A DNA stretch of 64,000 nucleotides from Pristiophorus japonicus (taxonomy: Eukaryota): positions 5,828,001-5,892,000 of the forward strand of contig NC_092006.1 of NCBI RefSeq assembly GCF_044704955.1, written 5' to 3'. Below the pieces are notes generated by a model. It was not told the origin of the DNA. It made no database searches and worked only from the letters and a program-made list of their open reading frames with translations. The position numbers were made by a program, and so were the translations under genes. Shown piece after piece: positions 57,345-64,000 of the stretch (position 1 is the stretch's first letter; each line of letters opens with the position of its first letter).

Positions 57345-60203
57345 GGACAGATGTGCAAATAGATGTTAACAAATATGATGTGATTGGGATTACGGAGACG
57401 TGGCTCCACTATGATCAGGGCTGGGAACTCAACATCCAGGGGTATTCAACATTCAGGAAAGATAGAATAAAAGGAAAAGGAGGTGGGGTAGCATTGCTGG
57501 TTAAGGAGCAAATTAAGGCAATAGTTCGGAAGGACATTAGCTTGGATGATGTGGAATCTATATAGGTAGAGCTGCAGGATACCAAAGGGCAAAAAACGTT
57601 AGTGGGAGTTGTGTACAGACCTCCAAACAGTAGTAGTGATGTTGGGGAGGGCATCAAACATGAAATTAGGGGTGCGTGCAATAAAGGTGCAGCAGTTATA
57701 ATGGGTGACTTTAATATGCACATAGATTGGGTTAACCAAACTGGAAGCAATACGGTGGAGGAGGATTTCCTGGAGTGCATAAGGGATGGTTTTTTAGACC
57801 AATATGTCGAGGAACCAACTAGGGGGGAGGCCATCTTAGACTGGGTGTTGTGTAATGAGAGAGGATTAATTAGCAATCTCGTTGTGCGAGGCCCCTTGGG
57901 GAAGAGTGACCATAATATGGTGGAATTCTGCATTAGGATGGAGAATGAAACAGTTAATTCAGAGACCATGGTCCAGAACTTAAAGAAGGGTAACTTTGAA
58001 GGTATGAGGCGTGAATTGGCTAGGATAGATTGGCGAATGATAATGAAGGGGTTGACTGTGGATGGGCAATGGCAGACATTTAGAGACCGCATGGATGAAC
58101 TACAACAATTGTACATTCCTGTCTGGCGTAAAAATAAAAAAGGGAAGGTGGCTCAACCGTGGCTATCAAGGGAAATCAGGGATAGCATTAAAGCCAAGGA
58201 AGTGGCATACAAATTGGCCAGAAATAGCAGCGAACCCAGGGACTGGGAGAAATTTAGAACTCAGCAGAGGAGAACAAAGGGTTTGATTAGGGCAGGGAAA
58301 ATGGAGTACGAGAAGAAGCTTGCAGGGAACATTAAGACGGATTGCAAAAGTTTCTATAGATATGTAAAGAGAAAAAGGTTAGTAAAGACAAACGTAGGTC
58401 CCCTGCAGTCAGAATCAGGGGAAGTCATAACGGGGAACAAAGAAATGGCGGACCAATTGAACAAGTACTTTGGTTCGGTATTCACTGAGGAGGACACAAA
58501 CAACCTTCCGGATATAAAAGGGGTCGGGGGGTCTAGTAAGGAGGAGGAACTGAGGGAAATCTTTATTAGTCGGGAAACTGTGTTGGGGAAATTGATGGGA
58601 TTGAAGGCCGATAAATCCCCAGGGCCTGATGGACTGCATCCCAGAGTACTTAAGGAGGTGGCCTTGAAAATAGTGGATGCATTGACAGTCATTTTCCAAC
58701 ATTCCATTGACTCTGGATCAGTTCCTATGGAGTGGAGGGTAGCCAATGTAACCCCACTTTTAAAAAAAGGAGGGAGAGAGAAAACAGGGAATTATAGACC
58801 GGTCTGCCTGACATCGGTAGTGGGTAAAATGATGGAATCAATTATTAAGAATGTCATAGCAGCGCATTTGGAAAGAGGTAATATGATAGGTCCAAGTCAG
58901 CATGGATTTGTGAAAGGGAAATCATGCTTGACAAATCTTCTGGAATTTTTTGAGGATGTTTCCAGTAGAGTGGACAAGGGAGAACCAGTTGATATGGTAT
59001 ATTTGGACTTTCAGAAGGCTTTCGACAAGGTCCCACACAAGAGATTAATGTGCAAAGTTAAAGCACATGGGATTGGGGGTAGTGTGCTGACATGAATTGA
59101 GAACTGGTTGTCAGACAGGAAGCAAAGAGTAGGAGTAAATGGGGACTTTTCAGAATGGCAGGCAGTGACTAGTGGGGTACCGCAAGGTTCTGTGCTGGGG
59201 CCCCAGCTGTTTACACTGTACATTAATGATTTAGACGAGGGGATTAAATGTAGTATCTCCAAATTTGCGGATGACACTAAGTTGGGTGGCAGTGTGAGCT
59301 TTGAGGAGGATGCTATGAGGCTGCAGAGCGACTTGGATAGGTTAGGTGAGTGGGCACATGCATGGCAGATGAAGTATAATGTGGATAAATGTGAGGTTAT
59401 CCACTTTGGTGGTAAAAACAGAGAGACAGACTATTATCTGAATGGTGACAGATTAGGAAAAGGGGAGGTGCAAAGAGACCTGGGTGTCATGGTACATCAG
59501 TCATTGAAGGTTGGCATGCAGGTACAGCAGGCGGTTAAGAAAGCAAATGGCATGTTGGCCTTCATAGCGAGGGGATTTGAGTACAGGGGCAGGGAGGTGT
59601 TGCTACAATTGTACAGGGCCTTGGTGAGGCCACACCTGGAGTATTGTGTACAGTTTTGGTCTCCTAACCTGAGGAAGGACATTCTTGCTATTGAGGGAGT
59701 GCAGCGAAGGTTCACCAGACTGATTCCCGGGATGGCGGGACTGACCTATCAAGAAAGACTGGATCAACTGGGCTTGTATTCACTGGAGTTCAGAAGAATG
59801 AGAGGGGACCTCATAGAAACGTTTAAAATTCTGACGGGGTTAGACAGGTTAGATGCAGGAAGAATGTTCCCAATGTTGGGGAAGTCCAGAACCAGGGGAC
59901 ACAGTCTAAGGATAAGGGGGAAGCCATTTAGGACCGAGATGAGGAGGAATTTCTTCACCCAGAGAGTGGTGAACCTGTGGAATTCTCTACCACAGAAAGT
60001 TGTTGAGGCCAATTCACTAAATATATTCAAAAAGGAGTTGGATGAAGTCCTTACTACTAGGGGAATCAAGGGGTATGGTGAGAAAGCAGGAATGGGGTAC
60101 TGAAGTTGCATGTTCAGCCATGAACTCATTGAATGGCGGTGCAGGCTAGAAGGGCCGAATGGCCTACTCCTGCACCTATTTTCTATGTTTCTATGTTTCT
60201 ATG
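57345..60203 (+). mobile_element. Near-complete CR1 LINE ORF2 (APE endonuclease + reverse transcriptase), two premature stops
   Basis: GITETW, RKDR..GGGV, YRPP, GDFN, SDH endonuclease motifs; KSPGPDG, YRP, DFQKAFD, QGSVLGP, FADD RT motifs. The three ORFs are in one frame; (ttctatg)n tail. Confidence 0.95.
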
Positions 60204-60879
60204 ATTAGGAGACCAAAACTGAACACAATATTCCAGGTGTGGCCTCACCAAGGCCCTGTACATCCCGGGAATCAGTCTGGTGAACCTTCGCTGCACACCC
60301 CCAGCGGAATTTACAGCTATTTTCGTTGTATCTATAAACCAGTGACCCCTGCTTAAAGGGTCACACTCCAAAGTGTCCCCTTGGTTTTTTGGGTTTTTTT
60401 TCCTGAGAGCACCAAAAACACAAATTATACAAGTGGCCCCCCTGACTAACTTAAACAAATTAAACTTTAAATATTGTGGTTCAAATTAACATTTGGTTGC
60501 CGGGCGGGTGCGGGGGGTGATGATGCACTCCAGTCCCTCGGGCGCCCACCTCTCGCAGAAGGCCGCGAGCGTACTGGTGGACACCGTGGAAGAGAACGCG
60601 CTTTACAACCTTCCCGTTGGAGCTTGTGGGATCTTCCTGTGCGCCAAAGTGGCAGCCGCATGTCGCTACATTGCACTGGTGGCCACACTTCAAGATAAAA
60701 AGTGCGTTCATTGGCTGGGAAACAGGGCGGGACGTCCCAAGCTCCTTGTGTGCCGCGACAGAAGACCAAAAGTCTTTCCTGACTGGTCACAATGGAAACG
60801 CTGCACAACATCTTTTGGTCAAGTTGTACTCAACACACACAGTTCCAGGCCAAGATACCATTGGGGAAATATACTTGCA

Positions 60880-61770
60880 ACCCAGGGTGGAGCTTTGGAG
60901 GCAGTTCAGAGAAGGTTCACTCAGTCGATTCCGGAGATGAGGGGGCTTGACTTATGAGGAAAGGTTGAGCAGGTTGGGCCTCTACTCATTGGGATTCAGA
61001 AGAATTCAGAGGTGATCTTATCGAAACGTATAAGATTATGAGGGGGCTCGACAGCAGGACCCGGGGGTACTTGTGCATGAAACACAAAAGGTTAGTATGC
61101 AGGTACAGCAAGTGATCAGGAAGGCCAATGGTATCTTGGCCTTTATTGCAAAGGGGATGGAGTATAAAAGCAGGGAGGTCTTGCTACAGTTATACAGGGT
61201 ATTGGTGAGGCCACACCTGGAATACTGCGTGCAGTTTTGGTTTCCATATTTACGAAAGGATATACTTGCTTTGGAGGCAGTTCAGAGAAGGTTCACTCGG
61301 TTGATTCCGGAGATGAGGGAGTTGACTTATGAGGAAAGGTTGAGTAGGTTGGGCCTCTACTCATTGGAATTCAGAAGAATGAGAGGTGATCTTATGGAAA
61401 CGTGTAAGATTATGAGGGGGCTTGACAAGGTGGATGCAGAGAGGATGTTTCCACTGATGGGGGAGACTAGAACGCGGGGGCATGATCTTAGAATAAGGGG
61501 CCACCCATTTAAAACTGAGATGAGGAGGAATTTCTTCTCTCAGAGGGTTGTAAATCTGTGGAATTTGCTGCCTCAGAGAGCTGTGGAAGCTGGGACATTG
61601 AATAAATTTAACACAGAGATAGACGGTTTCTTAACCGATACGGGGATAAGGGGGCGGGCAGGGAAGTGGAGCTGAGTCCATGATCGGATCAGCCACGATC
61701 GTATTGAATGGCGGAGCAGGCTCGAGGGGCCGAATGGCCTACTCCTGCTCCTATTTCTTATGTTCTTATG
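60880..61770 (+). mobile_element. CR1 LINE 3' fragment(s)
   Basis: ORF 61073-61675. Confidence 0.88.
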
Positions 61771-62021
61771 ATTCCAGTGTACAATACTACCACCTTCACC
61801 TCGTATGGGAATTAAACACATACTTATACAGGGGCTCAAAGGGTTAAATTGTGTGGGCAGTTTGCACAGATGTGGCTTGATTTCCTCGATTATAGAAGAT
61901 TAAGAGGTCAACCAATTGAAGCGTTTAATTTGCTTGAAGGGTTGATAGGGTCGAAAGAGAAAAATTATTTCCTCTGTTGGGGGAGTCCAGAACAAGGAGA
62001 TGTAACTTTAATTTTAAAGCA

Positions 62022-63655
62022 AGTAAGACTTGCATTTATATAGTGCCTTTCACGACCACCGGACATCCCAAAGCGCTTTACAGCCAATGAAGTACTTTTC
62101 GGAGTGTGGTCACTGTTGTATTGTGGGAAACACAGCAGCCAATTTACGCACAGCAAGCTCCCACACACAGCAATGTGATAATGACTCAGAACATCTGTTT
62201 TACTGATGTTGGCCGAGGGATAAATATTGGCCCCAGGACACCGGGGAGAACTCCCCCTGCTCTTCTTCGAAATAGTTCTGTGGAATCTTTTACGTCCGCT
62301 TGAGAGGGCAGACGTGGCCTCGGTTTAATGTCTCATCTAAAAGACAGCACCTCTGATAGTGCTGCGCTCCCTCAGTCCTACCCCTCCGACAGTGCGGCGC
62401 TCCCTCAGTACCGCCCCTCCGACAGTGTGGCGCTCCCTCAGTACCGACCCTCCGACAGTGTGGCGCTCCCTCAGTACCGACCCTCCGACAGTACGGCGCT
62501 CCCTCAGTACCGACCCTCCGACAGTGCGGCGCTCCCTCAGTACTGCCCCTCCGACAGTGCGGCGTTCCCTCAGTACTGCCCCTATGACAGTGCGGCACTC
62601 CCTCAGTACTGCCCCTCCGACAGTGCGACGCTCCCTCAGTACTGCCCCTCCGACAGTGCGGTGCTCCCTCAGTACTGCCCCTCTGACAGTGCGGCGCTCC
62701 CTCTACTGCCCCTCCGACAGTGCGACGCTCCCTCAGTACTGCCCCTCCGACAGTGCGACGCTCCCTCAGTACTGCCCCTCCGACAGTGCGGCGCTCCCTC
62801 GGTACTGCCCCTCCGACAGCGCGGTGCTCCCTCAGTACCGCCCCTCCGACAGCGCGAGGCTCCCTCAGTACTGCCCCTCCGACAGTGCGGTGCTCCCTCA
62901 GTACTGCCCCTCCAACAGCGCGGTGCTCCCTCAGTACCGCCCCTCCGACAGTGCGATGCTTCCTTATTACTGCCCCTCTGACAGTGCGGCGCTGCCTCTA
63001 CTGCCCCTCCGACACTGCGATGCTCCCTCAGTACTGCCCCTCCGACAGTGCGACGCTCCCTCAGTACTGCCCCTCCGACAGTGCGGCGCTCCCTCAGTAC
63101 TGCCCCTCTGACAGTGCGGTGCTCCGTCAGTACTGCCCCTCCGACAGTGCGGTGCTCCCTCAGTACCGCCCCTCCGACAGCGCGTTGCTCCCTCAGTACT
63201 GCCCCTCTGGCAGTGTGGCACTCCCTCAGTACTGCCCCTCCGACAGTGCGATGCTCCCTCAGTACTGCCCCTCCGACAGTGCGGCACTCCCTCAGTACTG
63301 CCCCTCTTACAGTGCGGCGCTCCCTCAGTACTGCCCCTCCGACAGCGCGGTGCTCCCTCAGTACCGCCCCTCCGACAGCGCGGGGCTCCCTTAGTACTGC
63401 TCCTCCGACAGTGCGGTGCTCCCTCAGTACTGCCCCTCCGACAGCGCGGTGCTCCCTCAGTACCGCCCCTCCGACAGCGCGATGCTCCCTCAGTACTGCT
63501 CCTCCGACAGCGCGGGGCTCCCTCAGTACCGCCCCTCCAACAGCGCGGTGCTCCCTCAGTATTGCCCCTCCGACAGTGCGGCGCTCCCTCAGTACTACCC
63601 CTCCGACAGTGCGGCGCTTCCTCAGTACTGCCCCTCCGACAGCGCGGTGCTCCCA
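62022..63655 (-). mobile_element. Deu-type SINE with large 33-bp array (~39 units, 62350-63655)
   Basis: Same unit as 55-770. Confidence 0.85.
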
Positions 63656-64000
63656 CAGCTCTCTGGGGCAGCGAATTCCACAGATTTACAACCCTCGGAG
63701 AGAAGAAATTCCTCCTCATCTCAGTTTTAAATGGGCGGCCCCTTATTCTAAGACCATGCCCCCTAGTTCTAGTCTCCCCCATCAGTGGAAACATCCTCTC
63801 TGCATCCACCTTGTCGAGCCCCCTCATTATCTTATACGTTTTGATAAGATTACCTCTCATTCTTCTGAACTGCAATGAGTAGAGGCCCAACCTCCTCAAA
63901 CAATCCACATAAGACAACCCCCTCATCTCTGGAATCAACCGAGTGAACCTTCTTTGAGCTGCCTCCAAAGCAAGTGTATCCTTCCTTAAATACGGAGACC
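63655..64000 (-). mobile_element. CR1 LINE fragment running off the window
   Basis: [24 protein letters not shown] peptide. Confidence 0.85.

Noticed and set aside
62328-63968. Long repetitive ORFs (DSAALPQYCPS / TVRRSLSTAPP), also at 120-776, 18719-19325 and 46367-46726
   Set aside because: They are translations of the 33-bp SINE array, open in several frames on both strands.

Overview
Repeat-rich vertebrate genomic DNA, most likely from a cartilaginous fish (inferred from the CR1/L2/Tx1/RTE LINE and Deu-type SINE content). It has two N gaps. Among the repeats is a cluster of four spliced, non-rearranging immunoglobulin-superfamily receptor genes, reconstructed by hand from GT-AG sites and exon phases. 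Gene 1 is at + 3854-14177, gene 2 at - 28075-20458, gene 3 at - 41843-31490 and gene 4 at + 48827-56297. All share the plan leader / germline-joined VJ domain / C1 domain / TM / cytoplasmic exons, ending in a T-x-Y-A-x-L (ITSM/ITIM-like) motif. This is an antigen-receptor-like ectodomain attached to an innate-receptor-like signalling tail, and no RSS was seen. Genes 3 and 4 sit head-to-head in a large inverted repeat. They are nearly identical from promoter to the C1 splice donor but carry different TM/tail halves, which is a paired-receptor signature. The rest of the window is retroelements, including one near-complete CR1 ORF2, and four minisatellites derived from retroelement segments. Repeat boundaries are approximate and no database search was possible.
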